Both the position numbers and the translations under genes were made by a program. Shown piece after piece: positions 49,753 through 64,000 of a stretch of 64,000 nucleotides of DNA (position 1 is its first letter; each line of letters starts with the position of its first letter). The notes under the pieces were generated by a model that was not told the DNA's origin, searched no databases, and was given only the letters and a program-made list of their open reading frames with translations. The stretch is from the human T2T-CHM13v2.0 reference genome, Homo sapiens. The stretch is taken from assembly GCF_009914755.1 (NCBI RefSeq), contig NC_060930.1; one strand, 5' to 3'.

Positions 49753-50429
49753 CCCCACCAGGGGACAGCCAGAGGAAGGGGACCATGGGGTATCCCTGTG
49801 TCCTGGTCTATCACCCCAGCTTCTTTGTCCCCCAGTACCCCCAGCCCAGCCAGCCAATAAGAGGACACAAATGAGGACACGTGGCTTTTATACAAAGTAT
49901 CTATATGAGATTCTTCTATATTGTACAGAGTGGGGCAAAACACGCCCCCATCTGCTGCCTTTTCTATTGCCCTGCAACGTCCCATCTATACGAGGTGTTG
50001 GAGAAGGTGAAGAACCCTCCCATTCACGCCCGCCTACCAACAACAAACGTGCTTTTTTCCTCTTTGAAACCTGCAGTTCTGTGTGTCTGTTTATCAGGGG
50101 TGTACAAGAAAAAGAAAGGAAAATAGATTGGGGAGGGAGGCCTAGAAATAATGTAAAATCAGCCTTGGAAATGGGGAGAAAATGTCGGGTTATTCGAGAT
50201 ATGTCGTCGGAAACTCCAAATTAGCAAATATGTATGAAAATAGGAACCATCTATGAAGCTGGAAGAGAGGATAAAAAACAGAGGTGCCAAGTTAGACCCC
50301 AAACTTTCCCCCCTAAAACCTGAGTCGCCCAGGCTGAAATCCAGGGTTTCAACACCAAAGGGAAAGCAGGAAAATGGCTCAAAAGAGAAAGGGATGTGTG
50401 TAGATGTGGGAATGACCGTGATGTTTGGA

Positions 50430-51110
50430 AGTCACTGCGAGCAGCCGGTTTCTATAGCTGGAAAGAGGGAGGGAGGTGGAGAGGACTGCGGAGAAGCTCC
50501 CTGTTCGACATCCCAGTCCCCGGGCCACCTCCCAAAAAAGGGCAGGCTGGGCTGCAGACTCGGAGTGTGAGTGCACAGCCTTTGCCCGCCGGGCAGCGGG
50601 GCTGAGCGGAGGGAGGGTCGCCTGGGAACACTAGTTCTGTGCTCGTCCAGGCAGCGGCTGAGAGCAGAGGAGTGGGGGCATCAAGGAAAGCCGCGGCTGC
50701 CTTACTGGCCTCGAGTTCCGCGAGCGGGGCTGGGCACCAAGCCTGAGGCTGGGGGGACAGGGGCGCACGACTGCACTCCCGGTCCGGGGCAGTGCAGGTA
50801 TTCGGGGAAGAGGAATCGCCTCTCCAGAACCGACTGCTGTTCCTTCCACCACCCGTAACCTCTCTGCCCCTCACTTCCTGTTTCCTCTGCTCTGGGTACC
50901 CCCAGCCCCTCTGGCCCCAAATTCCTCCCCCATGCTCAGTTCTCTGTCTCACTGGCAGAGGAGCCGGCCGTGTTTCCCCCTAAAGCCCGCTTGGCCCTCC
51001 CAGTTCCGCAGCTGCGCGGCCCGCCCGCCGATCCCATGGCTCCCTTCTCCACCCTTGGGATTTCTCGTTTGTTCGCCTCCTCTCCGGTACCCTCAATCCC
51101 GTAGATGCAG
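50430..51110. promoter_or_regulatory. Orphan CpG-rich island downstream of RING1
   Basis: Locally high CpG/GC content with no protein-coding exon. Confidence 0.6.
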
Positions 51111-51929
51111 GTGGGCATCCTCCAGCCCCAGCAAGTACTGCGGACCAGTTGGGCTGGCTGGCCCCTTTCCTGCAGAAGCAGACAACACCCACTTCTACCC
51201 TCGTAGGAGCCCCTTTCTACACTCACTTCCCTGGAACCCGTGATCCTGACTCCCCTCCTCCCGGACCCCAAGCATCCAGGACGTGTACGGTATAAGGGGA
51301 AGTTGTAGTGGGAGGCAGGTGGGCGTTGTTCCTGGAGTTTCAGGGTAGAGAAGCAGGTGGGGAGGAGTTGGGTGAGATACAGAGGTGGAAGCCAAAAGTC
51401 TGGAGTTAACCTGACTTCTCTTCTGGCTCCAGGGGCTGCCGGGATCGTCTGTCCTCACCCTCCTTGTCCTCCCCAGCCCTAACCACCCGGCAGCCTCTTC
51501 TCTGTCTCTGCTGCCCGTCCTGCCTTCACTCTGAAACAGCCTGCCCCCTCCCGGGTCCCCAGTCCTCACCTTTGCCCCACACGCCCCCCTCTCTATTTAT
51601 CACATTTCCTTTCGTGTCCCCCTAACCCCATCGCTTGGTGCGAGTGCTCTCTTGCCCTCCTCTCCCCATGACTGAACCTCACAGACATGGCTGTTTATTT
51701 AGGTGACACCATGTGGGAGACACAGAGGAACCCATTTCCATCCTGGCTCCACTGGGGCATTTCCTTTCCAAGTCCTTCAGTCCCTCCCAACCAAGCCTAT
51801 GTTACTGGGTCAGGCAAGGTGAGAGATATAAAGTATGCAAAAGAAAACGTTACTATTTTGTTGAGGAACAAGATACATGTGGAATAGTTGACAATGCAGA
51901 GGAACAGGGTAGAGGAAGGAGGGTTGATA

Positions 51930-52095
51930 CAGTATTAGAGTCAGACAAACGTGGGTTCAAATCGGCTCTGCCACTTACAAACTGAGCCACCTTGCACAAG
52001 GCACTGGGTCTTCCCTCTGTTTCTTCACCTGCAAAATGGGGGAGAGTAACAGGTTGCCCTGAGAATTGAGAGATAATACAAGTAAAGTTACACGC
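51930..52095 (+). mobile_element. MIR remnant
   Basis: GAGTCAGACAAACGTGGGTTCAAATCGGCTCTGCCACTTA...TTTCTTCACCTGCAAAATGGGG. Confidence 0.8.
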
Positions 52096-52103
52096 CTAAC
52101 AGA

Positions 52104-52287
52104 TCAGTGGCTCTCCCAGTGTGGATCCCAGACTAGCAGCATCAGCATCGCCTGGGAACTTGTTAGAAATGCAAATTCTTGGGCCCCACCCCAGATCTGC
52201 TGTTTAAGAAACTGGAGATGGGGCCAGCAATTGCATTTTCCCAAGCCCCCAAGTGCTTCTGATGTTCACACAAGGCTGAGGACACTG
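52104..52287. mobile_element. MER5A-like hAT DNA transposon
   Basis: CAGTGG...AGCAGCATCAGCATCGCCTGGGAACTTGTTAGAAATGCAAATT...CACTG, with CAGTG/CACTG termini. Confidence 0.8.
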
Positions 52288-54178
52288 AAGAAGATGCCCC
52301 ACAAAATGTTACGGCCTTGCCTTATACTATAAAGAATGGCAAAGGGCCCGTGTAGGGGTGCTCTGTGACTCCCAAGCAGGAGGATCACTGCAGGCCAGTA
52401 GGGAGGTGAGGAGCGGCCTCACAGAGGAGGTGGGACTGGGCTGGGGAAGGAAACAGAGAAGCCTTTCTGCAGTGGGTGAGGGAGATGGGGGGAAGCTCCC
52501 TCTCCCTTACCCTACCTACCACCCAGCACGATTTTACCTCTCAGGCTTCTCAGTCTCCAAAGCAGAGCAGACCATGTATCTGAACGCGGAAGCTGAGCTC
52601 TGGAGCCCAGAGCCTCAGGGCCCTGAGGGAAGGTTCCCCCAGGAGACCCCTGCCCAGGCAAGGCCTAACTCTGAGGGCCCTGTCCTTGCCTGGCAGCCCT
52701 CAACACCCTGGGAAGCTGCTCACAGGAGGCTGTGCTCTGGGCTTCTCCACCTTCACAGTCCACCTCAGCGAGGAGGGAGGTGCCGCTGAAACCGCCAACC
52801 ACTTCTTCAGTTGGGTGTGGGGCTTAGCCTCTCCTCTCCCACCTCTGTCTCCTCTGCTTCCTCCTCCCCCATGCTGCTCTCACCTCTCTCCCCTCTCCCT
52901 GCAGGCTGGGAGCAAAGGGAGAGGAGGAGGAGAAGAGAGGACAGACCCAGCCCTCTACCTACTATGGCACTCCTTTACCTGCCAGCTGTCACAACCAACC
53001 CTTCCCCAACTCCCCTACCCGGGACCCCCATCTCCACCCACAAATCCACTCAAATTTCCTGCCTGGAATGTGGAGTCTCTTCCCACTGCTCTCACCTCTC
53101 TCAGCACAGCCTGGGCAAGGGGCCCTTCTCCTCCCCCTAATATAGGAAGTACTTCAGCCAAGGGGCCCACCTGACCCTGTGCGAACACTTTCACACAGGT
53201 GATAGGCCCTACTCCTGCAGAAAGTGTGGCCACAGCTCTTGCCACAGCTCACACCTGGCCCAGCACTGCGGCACACACCTGCCTGAACCCAATCACTGCC
53301 ACCAGTGTGGCAAGGGCCTCTCCCCAAGGCTCCAGCCCGTTGCAGCCTGCCACTCTACACACAGGCAAGCAGCCTTACGTCTGTGCCACCTAAGCCTTCT
53401 TGTGGTAGATGAGGGTGCTGGCCCCCACTCCAACCTGCAACACCAGCAGCAGAACCATACCTGGGGGCGTCCCCATCACAGTGACCAGTGAGGCAAGGGC
53501 TATGGACATTGCTCAGGGCTGGTGCAGCACCAGCAAGTCTGCAGAAGCAAAGGCTGCAGGCATGGTTTCTGATACAGCCCCAGGCTGGTGCAGCATCACC
53601 AGGGCCACATCAGGGACAGGCTCTACTGCTTGCCTCTGTGGCTGTGGTTTCACTTGGAACACCCACCTGCCATGACACCAGGCCTCATATGTGGAGAGGA
53701 ATGAGATGAACACAGTGGGGAGGCAGGGAATCAGAGCCCCTGTGGCTGCATCACCGCCCCCAATCTGCAGCGCTCTATGAGGGTGGCAGGGCAGCCTCAG
53801 AGACAGACTTCCTCCACCTGTGGGAGGCATAACAGAGCAGAGATCCACCCACTCCCAGCCAGGGTGACCTTCAGAGCAACCATAAGGGGTAGCTCGAGTG
53901 TCTCGCCTGAACCCACTCAAAGCTGGAATGGCCAGGTCCACTTCACTCTAGACCAAAGTGCCAAGTCCTAAGGGAGCTCCCAAGCCAGGAACTTTTCTCT
54001 GGAGAAGAATCCATACTTCTCAGGGTCTTAAAAAATTTTGTTTTTTATATAAATAAGAGGTCCTGGGGCACTTTTCCATCTCCTGTCCTCCATCGGAGAA
54101 ATTTCACTAGGCTGTCTCAGACGTGCTGTTGTCGTGGATGGATTAGACTCCTTGGGACTTTCTTGAAGGGTCATTTTA

Positions 54179-54498
<320 letters not shown>

Positions 54499-55049
54499 TG
54501 CCCTTAAGAGTTCTTTTATAAAAATAAAAACAGAAAAAAAATAGATAACTTAATTTCCAGAGATCTCCAGGACAACCCCCTACCATCAAATCCTAGTCCC
54601 CCAACTAATCCCACCCAACCCCCAGAGGCTACTGGGTTCTTCCTGCCTCAGGTGTTCACACTACACCCGGCGCCCCTATTTGATGAGCCATCTTCCTGTG
54701 CCTACTCCTTGCTTCACCAGGTCCTGTTCTTACGAGTTTACTGTTACTCTTCATGTTATAGGGTAAGTGAGACCTTATTCTTGTATTAACTTGCCCCAGA
54801 GTATACTCTTTGGAACTCGGCAATATTTCTCCCTATGATGTACCAAGGAGGTTGATTACTGACACATGCTAGAAGAAATTAAATACGCTTAGTGGTCAAA
54901 GGATTACTTGAGAGACTGCTAATCATTTCCACCCTTTCGGGAAATGTGTATTGAGTCTACCATGTGTCAGGAGTTGTTCTGGGACCTGGGTATCATAGTC
55001 ATGTGGCATAGCCCCTGCCTTCGAAGGATTTGATGTAGGGGCGGTTTAG

Positions 55050-55822
55050 AATGAGCATCTCAATATTGAATCCAGCACCTAGTCCTATCCATTTTATCTG
55101 CTCTAATATATCTCAAGTCTGTCCACTCGTTTTCATCCCTCCACATCCCTGGGCTAGCCACCATGTGGACCATGTGGCCTTCTCTGAGTCATTGCAGTAG
55201 CTGAAGAGGCTGGGAATGGCCTTCTCTACAGTATGACACACACCTAAGAGGGATCCTTTAAAAATGCAAATCTGATTGTTTCAGTCAGCCTCCTTAAACC
55301 TATTCAGTGGTTTTCCATTGATCTTAGGTTAAAGACCCAAGTCCTTAACCTGACCTCTAAGGCCCTGCAAGGGGTGGCCCCTCCTCTCCAGCCTCATCTC
55401 CCACCACACCCCCTCACTCGTGTGCTCCAGTTGCTGTCCACCTTGTGCTTCCTCCTGCACAGAGTCTCCAGGGAGGCTGGACCCTCTGTGGAACGGCTCC
55501 TTCCTCTGTTCCTCTCCTCTTAGCTCCTCTTCATTCTTCAGGCCTCACCTTCTCAATAGCCTCAGGGAAGCCTTCCTGACCTTCTTTTCAGGGTCAAATT
55601 CTCCTGTTATGAGCGCTCACACTAAGGTGTACCTTTCCTCAGAGGCACTTGGCCCTGTTGGAGTTCTACATTTGTTGATGATTATGTACAGACTGATGTC
55701 TGTCTGCCCCATTGAATGTAAGCTCCCTGAGGGCAGGGACTATGACTGCAGATGCTCACTCTTGCCACTCCCTGGACCTAACACTGGATACTTTATAAAT
55801 AGTGGTTGAATAGATGCATTCA
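55050..55822 (+). mobile_element. L2 LINE 3' remnant
   Basis: AAAATGCAAATCTGAT and TGTAAGCTCCCTGAGGGCAGGGAC...ATAAATAGTGGTTGAATAGATG, L2 3' hallmarks. Confidence 0.8.
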
Positions 55823-56036
55823 TGGCAGGATCTGGGCAGGAGGCTAGATATTTCAGGATTTCAGAGGTGATGAATTAAGGCCATGATTCTCCCTCCTGTA
55901 GCTGCAGCCCAAGAATCCCATGTGCTATTACCTAACACTGTTACTTCCTCCTTAATTCCTGGCATCATTCAGGTCCACAGCCCTGCCTTCATCCCAGGCT
56001 TCCTCCATCTTGCCTGTGAGACCCTCTCCCTCTTTA

Positions 56037-57500
<1,464 letters not shown>

Positions 57501-57810
57501 TTTTAATCTTTTTAATCTAGCTAACTAGGAATAGAAAGTAACTTCCAAAGTCAAGACAAGGATACCAGTTTTTACTGTTTCTATTCACCTTTCTGCCAAG
57601 AAGTCTGAAGTGACACAAGAAGAAAAAGAAGAAATAAAGCCATCACTATACATAGACAATTACTATACATAGATTGCTTACTATACAAAGAAAATTCACA
57701 AGAACCTACCAACTATTAGAAATAACAATTTCCTTGCCGGGGGCAAGGAGAATACACAAACATCAATATCCTTACACCACAGCAATAAACAGATAAAAGA
57801 TTTCATTTTA

Positions 57811-58183
<373 letters not shown>

Positions 58184-58305
58184 TTATGGAGAAAATTATA
58201 AAGTTTTATTAGAGAACATAAAGAAGATATAAAAGAATAGGAAGAGATCCCCTACTCACAAAGACGGAAGTTTGATATAAAGCTGATAATTTTTCTCAAA
58301 TCTAA

Positions 58306-58670
<365 letters not shown>

Positions 58671-58861
58671 TTAAAATTCTTATGGAAGAGTAAATGGCCA
58701 AGAAAAAACAAAACTTGAAGCAGAAGAATATGAGATCCCTTGCCTAACCATATGTCACAAGTTTACTGGTTGAAACTTAGAGTGATTAAAACAGTCTAGT
58801 CCTGGTATATGCACACATAAATAGACCACAGTACAGAACAAAACTTTTTTGAATCAGATCC

Positions 58862-59545
58862 TAATAGGGTTTGGATCTGTGTCCCTCCCTCTCCAAATCT
58901 CATGTCGAATTGTAATCCCCTTTGTTGGAGATGGGGTCTGGTGGGAGGTGATTGGATCATGGAAATGGATTTCCCACTGGGTGCAGTTCTCATGATAGTA
59001 AGTTATCATGAGACCCGGTTGTTTAAAAGTGTGTGGAGGCCAGGTGCAGTGGCTCTTGCCTATAATCCCAGCACTTTGGGAGGCTGAGGCAGGAGGATCA
59101 CTTGAGCTCAGGAGGTCAAGACCAGCCTGGACAACATGCTGAGACATCATCTCTACAAAAATACAAAAATAGTAGCCGAGCATGGTGATGCATGCCTGTG
59201 GTCCCAGCTACTCAGGAGGCTGAGGTGGGAGGATCGCTTGAGCCCAGAGGGTGGAGGTTACAGTGAACTGAGATTGTGCCACTGCATTCCAGCCTGGGTA
59301 ACAGAGCAAGACTCTGTCTCAAAAAAAAAAAAAAAAAGCGTGTGGCACCTCTTCCCTCTCTTCCTCCTGCTCCAGCCACGTAAGACATGCCTGCTTCCCT
59401 TTCACCTTCCACCATGATTGTAAGTTTCCTGAGGCCTCCCCAGCCATGCTTCCTATACAGCCTGTGGAACTATGAGCCAATTAAACTTTATAAATTACCT
59501 GATTTCAGGTATTTATCTATAGCAGTGCAAGAATGGACTAATACA
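58862..59545 (+). mobile_element. MaLR solo LTR (MST-like) interrupted by an Alu (59038-59337)
   Basis: GGTTTGGATCTGTGTCC...AAATCTCATGTCGAATTGTAATCCCC start and ATAGCAGTGCAAGAATGGACTAATACA end; near-TSD GATCC/GACCC. Confidence 0.9.
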
Positions 59546-60122
59546 GACCCTCAAAGATATGAGACTTGGCTATAATGGAAGTGACATAAATCAGTGGGAA
59601 AGTTCAATGGTTTTGAGTTAACTGGCTATCCAAACAAACACACAAAAAATAAATTCTACATTACATCCTACCCAGAAGTAAATTTCAGGTAGCTAGAGTA
59701 AAAAGCAAAACTGAAAACTATTCAAAGAAAATATAAGATCACATATTGATGATATCAGAATAGAGAAGGATTTCTTATACAAAATTTTAAAAGTACAAAA
59801 GTACAAGCAGTTAACAAAATGAAGAACACTATATGATTATATCAATAGATGGGGGAAAGGCGTTTGACAAAATTTAACATCCTTTCATGATACAAATTCT
59901 TAGCAAATTAGGTATAGAAAAAGTGTATCTCAACACAATAAAGCCCATATATGACAAACCCACAGCTAACATCATACATAATCATGAAAAGTTAAAAGAT
60001 TTTCCTCTAAGATCAGGAACAAGACAAGGATAACCATTCTCACCATTTCTATTCAATATAGTACTAGAAGTTCTAGTCAGAACAGATAGGCAAGAGAAAG
60101 AAATACAAGACATCCAAATTGG

Positions 60123-60206
60123 TCAATGTTGACCAGGTTGGCCTCGAACTCATAGCCTCGCCTCCCTGTGCACCAGGACAGCTGGCTTGAGCCACTGATG
60201 CTCCCT
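60123..60206 (-). ncRNA. Retroposed Alu-left-monomer-derived small RNA copy (snaR/CAS/ASR-like)
   Basis: Flanked by TSD CATCCAAATTGG; A-box-like TGGCTCAAGCCAG and B-box GAGTTCGAGGCC; internal deletion relative to FLAM. Confidence 0.65.
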
Positions 60207-61781
60207 AGGCATCCAAATTGGAAAGAAAGAAGTTAAATTGTCACTTTGTAGATGACATGATCTTATATAGAGAAATCCCTAAAGATACCACCAAAAAAAC
60301 TATTAGAACTAATAAATTCAGTAAAGTTGCAGGATACAAAATCAATATTCAAAAGTCAGTAGCATTACTGTATACTAATAATGCACCAACCAAAAAAGAA
60401 ATCAAGAAAGCAATCACATTTATAATAGCATCAAAAATATATACTTAGGAATAAATTTAATCAAAGAGGTGAGAAATCTGTACACTGAAAACCATAAAGC
60501 ATTGAAGAAAGAAATTAAAGACACAAATAAATGGAAAGATATTCCATGTTAATGGATTGGAAAGATTAATATTGTTAAAATGTCCACACTACCCCAAACT
60601 GTAGATTCCATCCAACCTCTATCAAAATTCCAATGACATTTTCACAGAAATAGAAAAAAAATCCTAAGATTCATATGGAACCACAAAAGACAAGGACCAA
60701 AATGGCCAAAGCAATCTTGAACAAAAGGAACAAAGCTAGAGCCATCACACTACCTAATTTCAGAAGCTGCCACAAAGCTATAGTAATAAAAACAGCATGG
60801 TTCTGGAACAAAAACAGACATATAAGACCAGAATAGAGGCCAAAAATAAATCCACACATTTTATGGCCAACTGATCCTTTACAAATATGCCAAGAACATA
60901 CAATGGGGAAAGGACAGTCTCCTCAATAAACAGTCCTGGGGAAACTGGATATCCACATGTAGAAGAATAAAATTTGACCATATCTCACCTCATATACAAA
61001 AATCAACTCAGGCCAGGCATAGTGGCTCACATCTGTAATCCCAGCACTTTGGGAGGCTAAGGCCAATGGGTTACTTGAGGCCAGGAGTTCGAAACCAGCC
61101 TGGCCAACATGGTGAAACCTACCAAAAACACAAAAATTAGCCAGGGGTGGTGGCACACACCTATAGTCCCAGCTACTCAGGAGGCTAAGGCACAAGAATT
61201 ACTTGAATCTGGGAGGCAGAGGTTGCCAAGACCACACCACTGCACTCCAGCCTGAAGAACAGAGAGAGACTGCCTCCAAAAAAAAAAAAAAAAAAAAAAA
61301 CTACTCAAAATGAATTAAAGACTTAAACATAAGATCTGAAATGGCGGGGTGCGGTGGCTTACACCTATAATCCCAGCACTTTGGGAGGCCAAGGCAGGTG
61401 GATCATAAGATCAAGAGATTGAGACCATCCTGGCCAACATGGTGAAGCCCCATCTCTACTAAAAATACAAAAATCAGCTGGGTGTGGTGGTGCACACCTG
61501 TAGTCCCAGCCACTCAGGAGGCTGAGGCAGGAGAATTGCTTTTCTCCTATATTTTCTTCTAGTATTTTTACAATTTCAGATCTTTTTTTTGAGATGGAGT
61601 CTCGCTCTGTTGCTGGGCTGGAGTGCAGTGGCATGATCTTGGCTTCTTGACATTGGTCTGGGCAATAATTTTTTTGGACAAATGAGATTGCATCAAATGA
61701 AAGCTTCTGAACAGCAAAGGAAACAATCAACAGACAACCTACGGAAAGGGACAAAATATTTGTAAACTATACATCTGATAA

Positions 61782-62143
<362 letters not shown>

Positions 62144-62752
62144 TGATTTTACAATGGGCAAATGATCTGAAAAAACATTTCTCAAAAGAAGACACATAAA
62201 TGGCCAACAGGTATATGAAAAACAAATGCTCAATATTGCTAATTATCAAGGAAATGAACATTTAAACCACAGTGAGATATCACCTCATACCTGCTAAGAT
62301 GGCTCTGATAAAAAAAATAAAAATAAACCAAGAGATTACAAGTGGTGGCAAGGATGTGGAGAAAAAGGAACCCTCACAAACTGTTGGTAGGAATGTAAAT
62401 TTGTACACCTATTTTGGAAAACAGAATGGAGCTTCCTCAAAAAATTAAAACTACCATGTGATCCAGTAGTTCCATTATCAGGTATATTTCGAAAGAAATG
62501 AACTCAGTATGTTGAAGAGATATCTGTATTCCCAAGTTCACTGCACCATTATTCACAATAGCCAAGACATGGAAACAACCTAAGTGTCCATCAATGAATA
62601 AATAGAGAGATTATGGAACATATACACAATGGAATACTATTCAGTCTTTAAAAAGAAGGAAATTCTGTCATCTGTGACAACATGGATAAAACTAGAGGAT
62701 ATTATGCTAAATGAAATAAACCAGGCACAGAAAGACAAATACCATGATTTCA

Positions 62753-62938
<186 letters not shown>

Positions 62939-63369
62939 TTAAAAAAATAAATAAATAAAATAAAATTGCAGAAGCAGAGAATAGAATGGTGGCTGCACAG
63001 GGGCTAGGGGGCGGGGGGCGGGTGTGGGCAGGGATTGGAGAGCTTTAGTCAAAGGATACAAAATTTCAGTTAGGTAGAATAAATTCAGGAGATCTATTGT
63101 ATAACATGATGACTAGAGTTAATAACAATGTATTGTATACTTGAAAATTGCTGGCCAGCTGCAGTGGCTTATGTCTGTAAACCCAGCACTTTGGGAGGCT
63201 GAGGTGGGTGGATCGCTTGAGACCAGTTCGACACCAGCTTGGGCAACATGGTGAGACCCCATCTCTAAAAAAAATAGAAAAATTAGCTGGGCGCAGTGGC
63301 TCATGCCTGTAATCCTAGCATTTCGGGATGCCGATTGCTTGATTGCTTGACCCCAAGAATTCAAGACTA

Positions 63370-63615
<246 letters not shown>

Positions 63616-63671
63616 TCACGTTTAAAATGATAGTATGTGAGATAACAGATACAGTAATTACTCTAGCCATT

Positions 63672-63702
<31 letters not shown>

Positions 63703-63706
63703 CACA
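63672..63706. repeat. (CA)n(TA)n microsatellite
   Basis: Seen directly. Confidence 0.9.
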
Positions 63707-63835
63707 CATCATGTTGTTACACCATAGATACAATTTTTATTTGTCGACTATAAATAAATGCACAAGCAATAAAGGAAAATATTGATACATATGACCACGT
63801 TAAAACATTTTTAAGCTTTTATAAGAAATCACATA

Positions 63836-64000
63836 GGCCGGGCGCGATGGCTCAAGCCTGTAATCCCAGCACTTTGGGAGGCCAAGGCGGGTGGATCACA
63901 AGGTCAGGAGATTGAGACCATCCTGGCCAACATGGTGAAACCCCGTCTCTACCAAAAATACAAAAAAATTAGCTGGACGTGGTAGTGGGTGCCTGTAGTC
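63836..64000 (+). mobile_element. Alu (truncated by the window end)
   Basis: GGCCGGGCGCGATGGCTCAAGCCTGTAATCCCAGC... Confidence 0.95.

Larger units (their letters stand above)
51672..53695 (+). pseudogene. ZNF70P1: Decayed (KRAB-)C2H2 zinc-finger gene; the ZF part probably corresponds to annotated ZNF70P1
   Basis: Degenerate fingers from 53060: CLECG..HLSQH, HTGDRPYSCRKCGH..SHLAQHCGTH, HCHQCGKG, HTGKQPYVC, CGCGF..HL, with stops and frameshifts. Upstream KRAB-like remnants are described in the findings. The symbol is assigned from recalled locus order. Confidence 0.8.

Overview
Human genomic DNA from the extended MHC class II region (6p21.3). Gene order: COL11A2 (minus, complete CDS 1031-29593), RXRB (minus), a bidirectional CpG promoter, SLC39A7 (plus), HSD17B8 (plus), MIR219A1 (plus), RING1 (plus), an orphan CpG island, a decayed C2H2 zinc-finger pseudogene (annotated ZNF70P1 from memory), then about 10 kb of nested Alu/L1/L2/MaLR repeats. 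Exon boundaries were read from GT/AG sites and give the expected lengths: RXRB 533 aa, SLC39A7 469 aa, HSD17B8 261 aa, RING1 406 aa. No CRISPR, tRNA or rRNA is visible. Strongest leads: (1) an apparently fossil 252-nt Arg/Pro-rich cassette exon between COL11A2 exons 6 and 7, in phase 0, with intact splice sites and one TGA; (2) the zinc-finger pseudogene looks like an intron-containing KRAB-ZNF gene, with KRAB-A and KRAB-B remnants and phase-1 acceptors; (3) a tailless, TSD-flanked insertion of about 84 nt resembling the snaR/CAS/ASR Pol III small-RNA lineage; (4) a same-strand CAGGAAGT (ETS-like) cluster in COL11A2 intron 8; (5) an intronic poly(A) signal inside a perfect hairpin; (6) a micro-inversion across an Alu/L1 junction. 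Repeat subfamily names and boundaries are by eye and approximate.
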